A DNA stretch of 25,234 nt from an uncultured Pirellulales bacterium (GCA_964571885.1 CAZNET010000002.1:1-25234), one strand, 5' to 3'. Shown: positions 1 through 9,127, counted from the first letter of the stretch. Numbers and translations: made by a program. The notes: generated from the letters alone by a model not told the origin.

Positions 1-343
1 CCGCGTAAGCGGCGAAGACAAACCCAGACAGGTATCCGCCGGTCGGGCCGAACAGATGAGCGGCGCCGAATCGACCCATCGAAAACACCGGCAGCCCCGC
101 AGCACCCTGTACTAAATAAACAAGTACCGATAAGCTGCCTCGCTTGGAACCCAGCAGCATCGCGACGACAAGAACGGCGAATGTCTGACCCGTGATCGGC
201 ACGACACTGAATGGCAGCAAAAAAGAAACCTGCGCACAGACACCGATCAGCAACGACCCTGTGAGGATCAAAAGCACATCATACACCCGCGCGTTTAGCG
301 TCCCCGCAGGCCTGAGCACCCCGGCCAGCGAACGATCACCCAT
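1..343 (-). CDS. bioY: Biotin transporter BioY (ECF S-component), 5' part; runs off the window start
   Basis: Not in the ORF track. Manual translation of the minus strand from ATG at 343 gives MGDRSLAGVLRPAGTLNARVYDVLLILTGSLLIGVCAQVSFLLPFSVVPITGQTFAVLVVAMLLGSKRGSLSVLVYLVQGAAGLPVFSMGRFGAAHLFGPTGGYLSGFVFAAYA, with the BioY motifs VPITGQT, GLPVF and GPTGGYL. An alternative TTG start lies at 349. Confidence 0.93.
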   Translation of the reverse strand, partial: MGDRSLAGVLRPAGTLNARVYDVLLILTGSLLIGVCAQVSFLLPFSVVPITGQTFAVLVVAMLLGSKRGSLSVLVYLVQGAAGLPVFSMGRFGAAHLFGPTGGYLSGFVFAAYA

Positions 344-373
344 CGTCAATTGATACCCGTTTATCATAACAGC

Positions 374-401
374 ATTATAAAAAAAAGAAATCACCTGTCA
401 A
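374..401 (-). promoter_or_regulatory. Consensus sigma70 promoter for bioY
   Basis: Minus strand TTGACA (401-396), 16-nt spacer, TATAAT (379-374), about 30 nt upstream of the bioY ATG. Confidence 0.8.
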
Positions 402-742
402 CTACCAATTACAAGCCAACTAAAATCGTATTTCTTAAACAGTATTACAGCGTATCAACGACCTATAAAATAGGTGATTGCTCTGGCAGGTCCTATATTG
501 AAAAAAAGATTTTTTCAATTTTACTGACAATAAAAAATCATTGTCTGCGGAACTACTTTCTATGTTGGTGATTTAATTTCAATGTAAGTTGTCAATACGC
601 CGCTTGAGACAAATAAAGTTAATGTATTTGTGATTTTCATTGTAAAGCACAGCTTTGATTTTTTCGATTTATATTTGACTATGAAAAGGCTGCGTATGCC
701 CGATAAACCCAAATGACATTTTGAATTAAGGCTCGAACAAAA

Positions 743-2908
743 ATGTCCACGAAAACACACACATTTAAAACAATTCAATCGGACAGGAGGAGCCTGCGTC
801 AGGAAATTGTTTTTTTAAGTTTATTTTTCATCGTTTTATTGTTTGACCCGGCCAAGGGACTGGGTGAATCAAACAAGAAAAGCTCAGAAAATGAACTGAT
901 CGGTCTGTCCATTGAAGATCTGATGGAATTGGAAATTGTATCTGTTTCCAATATCGGGGAAAAAATATGGGACACACCGTCGAATATTACCGTCGTCACC
1001 AAACAGCAGATAAGCGAATGGGGCGTATCGGACCTCAAGGACGTGCTCAGGCGAACAGCCGGGTATAACGTGGTGGCCGACCGGGACGAGTGGTCGTTTT
1101 CATCCCGGGGTTCTGTCAGCGATAACAATCTGAAGTACCTGATTTTGATCGACGGCCATCGTATGTATTCGATCGATAATTTCGGGCCAGGCAATATCCA
1201 CGAGATGCCGATGGACCTTGGCAATGTCGAGCGGATCGAGATCATCCGCGGCCCCGGTTCGGTCGTGTGGGGCTCGGCCGCCCTGGCAGGTGTGATCAAT
1301 ATCATTACCAAAACACCAACAGATCTGGGCGAATATGATACATGGGTATCCGGAACGTTGGGAGAAGATCACACCTATAAGACAAACTTTCAAACCCGGA
1401 GAATCTATGAAGACATGGATATGGAATGGATATTGATGGGTTCGTATGCTCAGTCCGACGGCAGCACCGTGGTGCAGTCCTCGGCAACGGCCGACGCGGA
1501 CAACACACCGGAATCACCTCCTACCGGCGGTTTTCCTATTCTCGATACGAGTACCGGTTTCAGCAGTCATCCGTTCGGAACCTATCGCACCGAGCTTGGC
1601 AGAAACGACGGCGGACACATGGTGCATTTTCGGGGTCGATATGAGAATTTTCATTTGAATTTATTCAGTTTTTATAACTCGATATTTAACCGTCACTATG
1701 AATCCTTGCAAGGGAGGGAAAATTACCTGACCAATGAAAAATATTTTGTCGAAACTATCTATGAGGATAACCTTGGTCTTTGGGATTTTACCTTCAAAAC
1801 GTCGTTCGGCTATAACAACATGCAATACGATAATGAAACGGGACTGCCGATCAAACTGGAAAAAATATGGAAAGACAAAAACGCCAATACCGGCATCGTT
1901 CTCAGCAGGGAATTCTCGGATAAATTCAGATTCAACAGCGGACTTGAATATACCTATACGCGAACAGGTCCCGATGACAGCAGTACCACCAATATCAGCG
2001 GTGATACAACCTATGTCAGCGGTCCCAGTTTCGAGGATCACGACCTGTTCGGTTATCTGTTAATGGATTATGAACTGACGGATGATGTCACGTTCAGCGG
2101 CGGTACCGGCATCAGTTTTAACGACGGGCGTGGTAATAAGCAGTGGCTTTACAGTCCCCGAGCCGGGATGATCTGGCACAGTTCGGATGAAACGGCACAT
2201 AAGTTTCTTTATAACCGTGCGTTTCTCCGTCCCGCAACCTTCCAGGCCGGTGACAATGTTAACTCCGAAATCATGGATCAGTTCGAATATATCTGGCTTC
2301 AAAAATTTGACAAGGCCACGCTCTCGACCACCCTTTATTGGCAGCGGCTTAAGGGGTTTATAAACATTGTCACCTTGGGAGCCACCGGTTCTTCGTTTGC
2401 CAACGCAGGGGATTATACTTCCAAAGGTATCGAAGTTGAATTCGCGGCACCTCTGGGAAATAATCATAATTTCTGGGCGAATGCGAGTTGCGGCGATGCC
2501 GAGGCGGAAAATTTCCCCTCGACACTACCGGTCAATTCCCGACGCGTGGATCCGCAGGGTAACCTGCTCAGCTATCCGAATTTCACATTCAATACCGGTG
2601 CGACATTCCGGTTTATGGATCGCAAACTGTTTTTATCCCCGGCCTTGCGCTTTGTCGATTCCGCTAAATATCGAGCTGAGCCGCCCACCGCAGGTGATAC
2701 AACACTGACCTCGGCAACCTATGCCGAGACCGATGCGTTTACGTACCTGGATCTGAATATCGGTTACGAACCGGCGGATAATCTTGGCATCTACCTGACA
2801 TTCTTCAACCTGACGGATATTAGGGAGGACAATCATCTGTCAATCTGGAACGGTACGATCTCGCAGACCGGTCGATATATTGAATTCAAACTGGTCTACA
2901 AATTCTGA
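743..2908 (+). CDS. TonB-dependent outer-membrane receptor, substrate unknown
   Basis: 721 aa. Hydrophobic signal-like segment, plug motifs (PSNITVVT..I, LILIDG, VERIEIIRGPGSVVWGSAALAGVINIITK), amphipathic beta-strands and a C-terminal outer-membrane signature (YIEFKLVYKF). Start codon uncertain. Confidence 0.92.
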   Translation: MSTKTHTFKTIQSDRRSLRQEIVFLSLFFIVLLFDPAKGLGESNKKSSENELIGLSIEDLMELEIVSVSNIGEKIWDTPSNITVVTKQQISEWGVSDLKDVLRRTAGYNVVADRDEWSFSSRGSVSDNNLKYLILIDGHRMYSIDNFGPGNIHEMPMDLGNVERIEIIRGPGSVVWGSAALAGVINIITKTPTDLGEYDTWVSGTLGEDHTYKTNFQTRRIYEDMDMEWILMGSYAQSDGSTVVQSSATADADNTPESPPTGGFPILDTSTGFSSHPFGTYRTELGRNDGGHMVHFRGRYENFHLNLFSFYNSIFNRHYESLQGRENYLTNEKYFVETIYEDNLGLWDFTFKTSFGYNNMQYDNETGLPIKLEKIWKDKNANTGIVLSREFSDKFRFNSGLEYTYTRTGPDDSSTTNISGDTTYVSGPSFEDHDLFGYLLMDYELTDDVTFSGGTGISFNDGRGNKQWLYSPRAGMIWHSSDETAHKFLYNRAFLRPATFQAGDNVNSEIMDQFEYIWLQKFDKATLSTTLYWQRLKGFINIVTLGATGSSFANAGDYTSKGIEVEFAAPLGNNHNFWANASCGDAEAENFPSTLPVNSRRVDPQGNLLSYPNFTFNTGATFRFMDRKLFLSPALRFVDSAKYRAEPPTAGDTTLTSATYAETDAFTYLDLNIGYEPADNLGIYLTFFNLTDIREDNHLSIWNGTISQTGRYIEFKLVYKF

Positions 2909-3118
2909 TTAAGATCAATAGCCCTTCATGCAAAGGCTACGGCTACAGCTACAGCCAAAAAACCTTAAAAGGACAAAAGAAATAATTCAGGCACAAAGGC
3001 CGTTGAATATATAGATAAAAATGAAATTGAATACATAGTATAATGAAAAGTATTCACCGGGGGCTACCTTGATAAGCTGATCAAAATTCAAGAAAAGCCC
3101 ATCTTGATAGAAATGTAT

Positions 3119-3649
3119 TCACTGAATGTTCAACGCTTCTAAGTTCAGCATTTTTTGTTTAGTATTGATGCCGCCGGGGGCGGAGAAGCCGCCGAGTTTG
3201 CCGTCAGTTCGGATGACACGGTGACAAGGGATAATCAGCGGGATGGGATTTTTCGCCAGGACCGTGCCGACCGCTCTCGCGGCGCTTGGGTGTTTGATTT
3301 GTTTCGCGAGCTGACGATAAGAAACGGTCTTACCGTAAGGAATTTTTTGGCAGGCCGTGAGGACTTGCCGGCTGAAATCTGTAAAAAATGAAATATTTAT
3401 ACGGCTAAAAGAACCGAAATTGACTCTTTCACCCTCATAATAAACCTTAATCCGGTCTCTAAGGTCTCGAAAAACGGTGGCATTGGGACAGGCCTCGGGA
3501 AATTTTGACAACAGATTCGCTTTGACAGCCTGTTTCGAAGCTGGCAGGGCAGTTTTAAGGAGACCTCCTTCGGTAAAACAAAACCCGAAAAATCCCCATC
3601 GAGTTCTGAAAATGTCATATAAAACGCCGTTTTTTATCAATTTCGCCAT
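3119..3649 (-). CDS. ogt: Methylated-DNA--protein-cysteine S-methyltransferase
   Basis: 176 aa with IPYGKTVSY, ARAVG..LAKNPIPLIIPCHRV (active-site PCHR) and LGGFS motifs. Confidence 0.93.
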   Translation of the reverse strand: MAKLIKNGVLYDIFRTRWGFFGFCFTEGGLLKTALPASKQAVKANLLSKFPEACPNATVFRDLRDRIKVYYEGERVNFGSFSRINISFFTDFSRQVLTACQKIPYGKTVSYRQLAKQIKHPSAARAVGTVLAKNPIPLIIPCHRVIRTDGKLGGFSAPGGINTKQKMLNLEALNIQ

Positions 3650-3705
3650 AATTTGCCGATTTTATTTCGTTTTTTGGTCAAATTTGTTCGGTTTATTCAA
3701 ATTTA

Positions 3706-3734
3706 TTGACGTTTGCCCGAATTTTTGGTAATAT
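3706..3734 (+). promoter_or_regulatory. sigma70 promoter for the pheA operon
   Basis: TTGACG (3706-3711), 17-nt spacer, TAATAT (3729-3734) with an extended -10 TGn, about 50 nt before the pheA ATG. Confidence 0.65.
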
Positions 3735-3784
3735 TAGTGGCTTTTATTGAAATTGCCATTGGAAAAAATGAATAGGCAGATTTT

Positions 3785-4855
3785 ATGGCGTTAGAGAAAT
3801 TTCGAAAAAGGATCGATGAAATTGACGACCAGCTTGTCAAGCTGCTCAATGAGCGTGCGCAGGTAGTGGTCGAGATCGGCAAGCACAAAAAAAAGAACGG
3901 CGGACCGATCTTCGCACCCGACAGAGAAAAAAAAGTGCTTGATAAGATCTGCAAAGAGAACCAAGGTCCTCTGCCCGATAAAACGCTCGTCGCGATCTGG
4001 CGGGAAGTCATGAGCGGTTCTTTTATGCTGGAAAGACCGCTGCGGATCGGCTATCTCGGTCCTGCCGGAAGCTTCAGTCACAGCGCCGCCATGCTGAAAT
4101 TCGGTCAGAGTGTCGAATACGAACCCATCGCCGATATCGCCAGCATCTTTGGCGAGGTCAGCAAAGGACATTGCGATCACGGCCTGGCACCGGTGGAAAA
4201 CTCGACCGGCGGCGGCGTCATCGAAACACTCGACGCCTTGATCGATTCCGATGTCAAAATCTGCGCCGAAGTCTTAATGGCCATCCATCACAACCTCATC
4301 GGCAATTGTGCCCTGGATGAGGTCGAGAAGATTTATTCAAAGCCTGAAATTTTCGCCCAATGCCGAAACTGGCTCAGCGCAACCTTCAAAGACGCCCAAA
4401 CAGTTCCGGTCGCTTCCAGCGCCAAGGCCGCTCAGATGGCAAAGGAAGAACCGCATACCGCGGCAATCGGATCCCTGGCCGCCGCCGAATTATACGGCCT
4501 GAATGTTATTTGCGAGAACATCGAGGATATCAGCAATAATGTTACCCGGTTTCTGGTCATCAGCAGACAGGACACAAGGAAAACAGGAGAAGATAAAACC
4601 GCGCTGCTCTTCAGTACCGCTCATAAAGCAGGGGCCCTCGTCGATGTCCTCAGCGTATTCAAGAAACACAAGATCAACCTGACCAATATCGAATCAAGGC
4701 CGAGTAAAAAACGACAGCGGGAGTATTACTTTTTTGTTGATTTTCTGGGACACCGAACCGATGAACATGTGATTACCGGTCTCGAAGAAGCAAAACAACA
4801 TTGTTTACAGCTTTCGATCCTCGGCAGCTTTCCTGTCGCAAAGGATCTGCTTTGA
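3785..4855 (+). CDS. pheA: Bifunctional chorismate mutase/prephenate dehydratase (P-protein)
   Basis: N-terminal AroQ domain (RKRIDEIDDQLVKLLNERA), PDT motifs (YLGPAGSFS, PVENSTGG, TRFLVI) and a C-terminal ACT domain (INLTNIESRPS). Confidence 0.95.
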   Translation: MALEKFRKRIDEIDDQLVKLLNERAQVVVEIGKHKKKNGGPIFAPDREKKVLDKICKENQGPLPDKTLVAIWREVMSGSFMLERPLRIGYLGPAGSFSHSAAMLKFGQSVEYEPIADIASIFGEVSKGHCDHGLAPVENSTGGGVIETLDALIDSDVKICAEVLMAIHHNLIGNCALDEVEKIYSKPEIFAQCRNWLSATFKDAQTVPVASSAKAAQMAKEEPHTAAIGSLAAAELYGLNVICENIEDISNNVTRFLVISRQDTRKTGEDKTALLFSTAHKAGALVDVLSVFKKHKINLTNIESRPSKKRQREYYFFVDFLGHRTDEHVITGLEEAKQHCLQLSILGSFPVAKDLL

Positions 4856-4887
4856 AATATGAAAACGAATTAGAACAGGAGAATGTT

Positions 4888-5658
4888 ATGCGAAAACCTT
4901 TTGTTGCAGGTAACTGGAAAATGAATATGACCGGCGAATCGAGTATCGAGCTGGTAAAATCTTTGTCTCAGGCCGCTCAGGATATTGACAGACAGCAGGT
5001 GGACATCGCGGTGATACCGCCCTTTGTTTATCTTCAGTCGGTCGTCAGGGCCATCAACACCTCGTCGATCGCCGTCGGCGCTCAGGACCTTTATTGTGAA
5101 GAAAAAGGCGCCTTTACCGGTGAGATCAGCGCCGCCATGCTCAAAGATGTCGGCTGTACGTATGTCTTATGCGGTCACTCCGAACGCCGACATGTCATCG
5201 GCGAGACCGACGAACTGATCAATAGAAAAATGGAATCGGCAATTCTCGGTGGCTTACTGCCGATCCTTTGCGTCGGTGAGCTGCTCGAGGAACGCGAAGC
5301 CGAAAAAACCGAAGAGGTTGTCAACAGGCAGATCAAACAAGGCCTGGCAGAGCTCAGCCTGGAGAAGGCCGAAGCGGTGACAATTGCTTATGAACCTGTC
5401 TGGGCTATCGGCACCGGAAAAACCGCCACCCCCGAGCAGGCACAGCAGGTCCATGCGATGATACGTCAATTGCTCGAAGAAATGTATAACAGCGACTTGG
5501 CCGATCATGTCCGCATCCAGTACGGCGGTTCGGTCAAACCCAACAACGCCGCCGACCTGATGGCACGGGAAGATATTGACGGCGCGCTGGTCGGAGGTGC
5601 GAGCTTAAAGGCCGATGACTTTACCGCCATTATCGAAGCCGCCGTGAAGGACGGATAG
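4888..5658 (+). CDS. tpiA: Triosephosphate isomerase
   Basis: Start re-called at ATG 4888 (MRKPFVAGNWKMN) behind a GGAG RBS. Motifs GAFTGEIS, GHSERR, AYEPVWAIGTG, YGGSV and LVGGASL. Confidence 0.97.
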   Translation: MRKPFVAGNWKMNMTGESSIELVKSLSQAAQDIDRQQVDIAVIPPFVYLQSVVRAINTSSIAVGAQDLYCEEKGAFTGEISAAMLKDVGCTYVLCGHSERRHVIGETDELINRKMESAILGGLLPILCVGELLEEREAEKTEEVVNRQIKQGLAELSLEKAEAVTIAYEPVWAIGTGKTATPEQAQQVHAMIRQLLEEMYNSDLADHVRIQYGGSVKPNNAADLMAREDIDGALVGGASLKADDFTAIIEAAVKDG

Positions 5659-5706
5659 ATCCGTAGGCGTTTGATTGAAGTCATATTTTATAAAGGAAAA
5701 AAGAAA

Positions 5707-6099
5707 ATGAGTGTATTGCCGATAGTAGCAGTTGGAATAATGATGAAGTTGACCGCCGTTTTGTTTATTATCACGGCCATTGCCCTGATTTTAATTATTA
5801 TGATTCAGAAAGGACGCGGCGGCGGACTCAGTGCCGCGTTCGGCGGTGCCGGCGGCGGCGGACTGATGGGGTCAAAAACCGGGGACTTCCTCACCTGGGT
5901 GACGATCGTACTGGCAGGGGTCTTTCTGCTCTTGACCGTCGTGCTGGCCAAATGGTACAGGCCAACCGTCAGCGATTACGGCAGCCCGGCGCCTCAGCAG
6001 CAGCAACAGCCCGCCGGACAGCAGCAGGTTCCGCCGACCCAGTCGGTCCCTGAGATGCCCGCTGAAACGTTGCCCCAAACGGATGTGAATAATAACTGA
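5707..6099 (+). CDS. secG: Preprotein translocase subunit SecG with a Gln/Pro-rich C-terminal tail
   Basis: Two transmembrane segments flanking IQKGRGGGLSAAFGG, and FLTWVT; tpiA-secG order is widely conserved. Start re-called from the TTG at 5671 to ATG 5707. Confidence 0.88.
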   Translation: MSVLPIVAVGIMMKLTAVLFIITAIALILIIMIQKGRGGGLSAAFGGAGGGGLMGSKTGDFLTWVTIVLAGVFLLLTVVLAKWYRPTVSDYGSPAPQQQQQPAGQQQVPPTQSVPEMPAETLPQTDVNNN

Positions 6100-6150
6100 T
6101 TGATTCACAGGATGAAAACTGTTGGTGATATTTCTTGAAGAGGAATATAA

Positions 6151-7035
6151 ATGATAAGCAGTATGACCGGATATGGGACCGGGCAGGGTCAGATTGATTC
6201 GTTGAACTGTGCCGTTGAGATACGGTCCGTCAATAACAGGTACTTTCGTTCCAGGATCAAACTGCCCGATGCGTTTGGATTTCTCGAAGACGAGATCGAA
6301 ACGCTGCTGCACAAACAATTAGGCAGAGGCGCTGTCACGTATACCCTGAAGATCGAAGGCCCGCTGGCCAACGGGGCGCTGGGTGTCGATAAGGAGGCGT
6401 TGAAAATGATCCTCGACCAGGTGGATGAATTAGCTGACAACGTCGGCTCAAAAAAGACATTCGATATTTCAAACCTGCTGTTGCTGCCCGGTATTGTCAA
6501 TCCGGTCGAACCCGACGAACAAAGAATCGAACAGATAAAATCGGTCGTGACAAAAATTTCACAGCAAGCCCTGCAGAGCCTCAGGCAGATGAGACAGGCC
6601 GAAGGCCAGGCGCTGGCCGAGGATCTCAAGAAAAGCTGCCGGGCCATCAGCGATGAGCTTGAAAAGATCGCTCAGCGAAGAGAAACCGTCCTCGAAGAAT
6701 ATGTCGATCGCCTCACATCCAGGATCGAGGAATTGCTTTCACGGGCAAAACTGCAGCTCGATGAAGTGACATTGACCAAGGAGATCGCCGTCTATGCCGA
6801 GCGCTCGGACATTGCCGAAGAACTCTCACGCCTGAAATCGCATCTCAATCAGTTTGTCCAGAGCTGCCAGGCGGATGAGCAGGCCGGTCGAAGACTCGAT
6901 TTTATCAGCCAGGAAATGCTGCGCGAAGCGAACACGATCGCCAGCAAAAGCTCGGATTATGATATTTCAAACTGGGTCGTCAATATTAAATGTCACATTG
7001 ACAGAATTAAGGAACAGGTGCAGAACGTTTTGTAG
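6151..7035 (+). CDS. yicC: YicC/YloC family endoribonuclease
   Basis: SMTGYG N-terminus, EIRSVNNRY, DIAEELSRL, GRRLDFISQEMLREANTIASK; lies directly upstream of gmk. Confidence 0.93.
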   Translation: MISSMTGYGTGQGQIDSLNCAVEIRSVNNRYFRSRIKLPDAFGFLEDEIETLLHKQLGRGAVTYTLKIEGPLANGALGVDKEALKMILDQVDELADNVGSKKTFDISNLLLLPGIVNPVEPDEQRIEQIKSVVTKISQQALQSLRQMRQAEGQALAEDLKKSCRAISDELEKIAQRRETVLEEYVDRLTSRIEELLSRAKLQLDEVTLTKEIAVYAERSDIAEELSRLKSHLNQFVQSCQADEQAGRRLDFISQEMLREANTIASKSSDYDISNWVVNIKCHIDRIKEQVQNVL

Positions 7036-7037
7036 CG

Positions 7038-7607
7038 ATGAATAATCAGGAAGGAAAAAAACTGGTTGTGGTAAGCGGCCCTTCCGGCGTCGGCAAGAGC
7101 ACGATCTGTAAAGCCGTCGCGCAGCGAATGGATCATGTCTGTTTGAGCGTTTCGATGACCACCCGCCCGAAGGCCGAATCCGAAATTGACGGTCAGGACT
7201 ACTGGTATATCAGTGAAGAAGAATTTAAAAAGCGTGTCGATCGGGGATTGTTTTTGGAACATGCAAAAGTATTTGGTCACTATTACGGAACCCCCAAAGA
7301 CAAAGTCGACGAAGCGCTCGGTCAGGGCAAAGTCGTGATTCTGGAAATCGACGTCCAGGGAGGCCGGCAGGTCAAAACACTGTACCCCGATGCCGTTATG
7401 GTCTTTATCGTGCCGCCAAGCCAAAAAGAACTCGCCCAACGCTTGAACGGACGGGCCAGGGAAAACAGCGAACAGGCCGAAGAAAGACTCGAATGGGCAG
7501 ATGATGAAATGGCCGCTGGATGGCAGTACTATAACCATATGGTAATTAACGCCGACCTCGAACAGGCGATTAACGAAGTAATTCAGATTCTAAAAGATAA
7601 TACGTGA
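7038..7607 (+). CDS. gmk: Guanylate kinase
   Basis: P-loop SGPSGVGKS, SMTTRP, HYYGTP, ILEIDVQG and FIVPPS motifs. Confidence 0.96.
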   Translation: MNNQEGKKLVVVSGPSGVGKSTICKAVAQRMDHVCLSVSMTTRPKAESEIDGQDYWYISEEEFKKRVDRGLFLEHAKVFGHYYGTPKDKVDEALGQGKVVILEIDVQGGRQVKTLYPDAVMVFIVPPSQKELAQRLNGRARENSEQAEERLEWADDEMAAGWQYYNHMVINADLEQAINEVIQILKDNT

Positions 7608-7641
7608 TTCAAAATACCTATAACAATACGGGAGTAACAGT

Positions 7642-7866
7642 ATGATAGATGCATTGAAAAGCCAGGAAATTATTCAAAAGATGGGCGGACGCTTTAAATT
7701 GACCGCGCTGATTCAAAAAAGACTGACCGAACTGCTCCAGGGTTCGCGTCCGTTGATTGCCGACACCGAGGGAATGACACTGCTTGAAATCGTTGTCGAA
7801 GAGATCAGACAGGACAAGATCGCACCGGATATGGGACTCGAAGAGAAAAAGGAAGATTTGTTATAA
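7642..7866 (+). CDS. rpoZ: RNA polymerase omega subunit
   Basis: 74 aa with GGRFKLTALIQKR and EIVVEEI motifs, in the canonical gmk-rpoZ-coaBC position, GGAG RBS. Confidence 0.85.
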   Translation: MIDALKSQEIIQKMGGRFKLTALIQKRLTELLQGSRPLIADTEGMTLLEIVVEEIRQDKIAPDMGLEEKKEDLL

Positions 7867-7875
7867 GAGCTCGCT

Positions 7876-8442
7876 ATGTCGCCTGACAAAAATCATCTTG
7901 ACGGAGTGAATCTTTTACTGGGTGTCAGTGCCGGTATTTCCGCTTATAAATCGGTCGAGCTCGCAAGCAAACTGACCGCCGCCGGTGCGTCCGTCAGGAC
8001 GGTAATGACGGAAAATGCCTGCCGGCTCGTCGGACCCAAAAGTTTCGAGGCCCTGACGGGTAATCCGGTCTATATTGATATGTTCTCGGCGCCGGATGAG
8101 TATAAGATCGGCCATGTCAGTCTCGCCGATTGGGCGGACATCATTCTGGTGGCACCGGCAACGGCGGATGTCATCAGCAAAACCGCCAACGGCATCTGTG
8201 ATGATTTGCTGACGACGCTTCTGTGTGTCGGCTGGAGAAAAAAGATATTCATGGCCCCGGCAATGAACAATAACATGTGGGAAAATCCCGCCCTGCAGAG
8301 AAATATCGAAAAAATCAAATCCCTCGGCGTCGAATTGATAGGACCGCAGATCGGAAGACTCGCCTGCGGCAGCGAGGGCATCGGAAGAATGACGCAGGCC
8401 GGTGAAATAATTGAAGCGATAAAATTATCGTTAGACAAATGA
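7876..8442 (+). CDS. coaC: Stand-alone phosphopantothenoylcysteine decarboxylase (CoaC flavoprotein half of CoaBC)
   Basis: LLGVSAGISAYK, VAPATADVISK..GICDDLLTT, APAMNNNMW and the GRLACG active-site Cys; own TGA stop at 8440-8442. Confidence 0.9.
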   Translation: MSPDKNHLDGVNLLLGVSAGISAYKSVELASKLTAAGASVRTVMTENACRLVGPKSFEALTGNPVYIDMFSAPDEYKIGHVSLADWADIILVAPATADVISKTANGICDDLLTTLLCVGWRKKIFMAPAMNNNMWENPALQRNIEKIKSLGVELIGPQIGRLACGSEGIGRMTQAGEIIEAIKLSLDK

Positions 8443-8482
8443 ATCGTGTTAAAGAACAAATGCCTTTTTGAGGGATGTAGAA

Positions 8483-9127
8483 ATGCATTTTTTGATCACA
8501 GCGGCAGGAACACGGGAATACATCGATCCCGTCCGTTTTATCTCGAACGCCAGCAGCGGAAAAATGGGATACGCCCTGGCCAGGGCCGCCCTTTCCGAAG
8601 GCCATAAAGTGACACTGATTTCCGGCCCCACCCGGCTGCGACCCCCCGATGACGCCAAGGTACTCGACATCGAAACCACCAATGAAATGTTCGAGGCGGT
8701 AAAAAAGCACTTCAACAAGTGCGATTACCTGATCATGGCCGCCGCCGTAAGTGACTATACTCCCGCGAAAAAACAAGAACATAAGATCAAAAAAAATAAG
8801 AAAGTCATGTCTCTCAAATTAAAACCCACGGTCGATATTCTAAAATGGGCCGCCGGGCATAAAAAATCGAAAACAAAAAAAGCAAAAACCAGACAAAAGA
8901 ACATAAAAGTGGTCGGCTTCGCCCTAGAAGACCGAAATATCCGAAAAAACGCCGAAAAGAAAATGAAAAAGAAAAACCTCGACATGATCGTCGCCAACAC
9001 ACCCAAAGCGATTGGAAGGGAAAAGACGACGGTTTACATTAAAACCCCCCAATCCGACTGGCTCGAAATCAAAAACACCACCAAAACAACCATCGCCAAA
9101 CGGATCGTCGCCCTGCTGGCAAATTAG
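8483..9127 (+). CDS. coaB: Stand-alone phosphopantothenate--cysteine ligase (CoaB half of CoaBC), Lys-rich
   Basis: LITAAGTREYIDPVRFISNASSGKMGYALA, MAAAVSDY, VVGFALE, DMIVAN. Start re-called to ATG 8483 behind a GAGG RBS (track start 8468). Confidence 0.9.
   Translation: MHFLITAAGTREYIDPVRFISNASSGKMGYALARAALSEGHKVTLISGPTRLRPPDDAKVLDIETTNEMFEAVKKHFNKCDYLIMAAAVSDYTPAKKQEHKIKKNKKVMSLKLKPTVDILKWAAGHKKSKTKKAKTRQKNIKVVGFALEDRNIRKNAEKKMKKKNLDMIVANTPKAIGREKTTVYIKTPQSDWLEIKNTTKTTIAKRIVALLAN

Noticed and set aside
344-742. BirA operator or cobalamin/TPP riboswitch ahead of bioY or the TBDR
   Set aside because: The TGTCAAC half-site at 396-402 has no partner at BirA spacing, and no B12-box or TPP core sequence is visible.
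350-778. Short ORFs 350..571 (+) and 560..778 (-)
   Set aside because: AT-rich divergent promoter region, no RBS or recognisable motifs; the first overlaps the bioY promoter.
2935-2955. Tandem (A/G)GCTAC x3.5 after the TBDR
   Set aside because: Too short and isolated to separate from chance; no spacer structure.
4801-4887. N-terminal extension of TpiA in the ORF track
   Set aside because: It overlaps pheA; the RBS and family N-terminus support ATG 4888.
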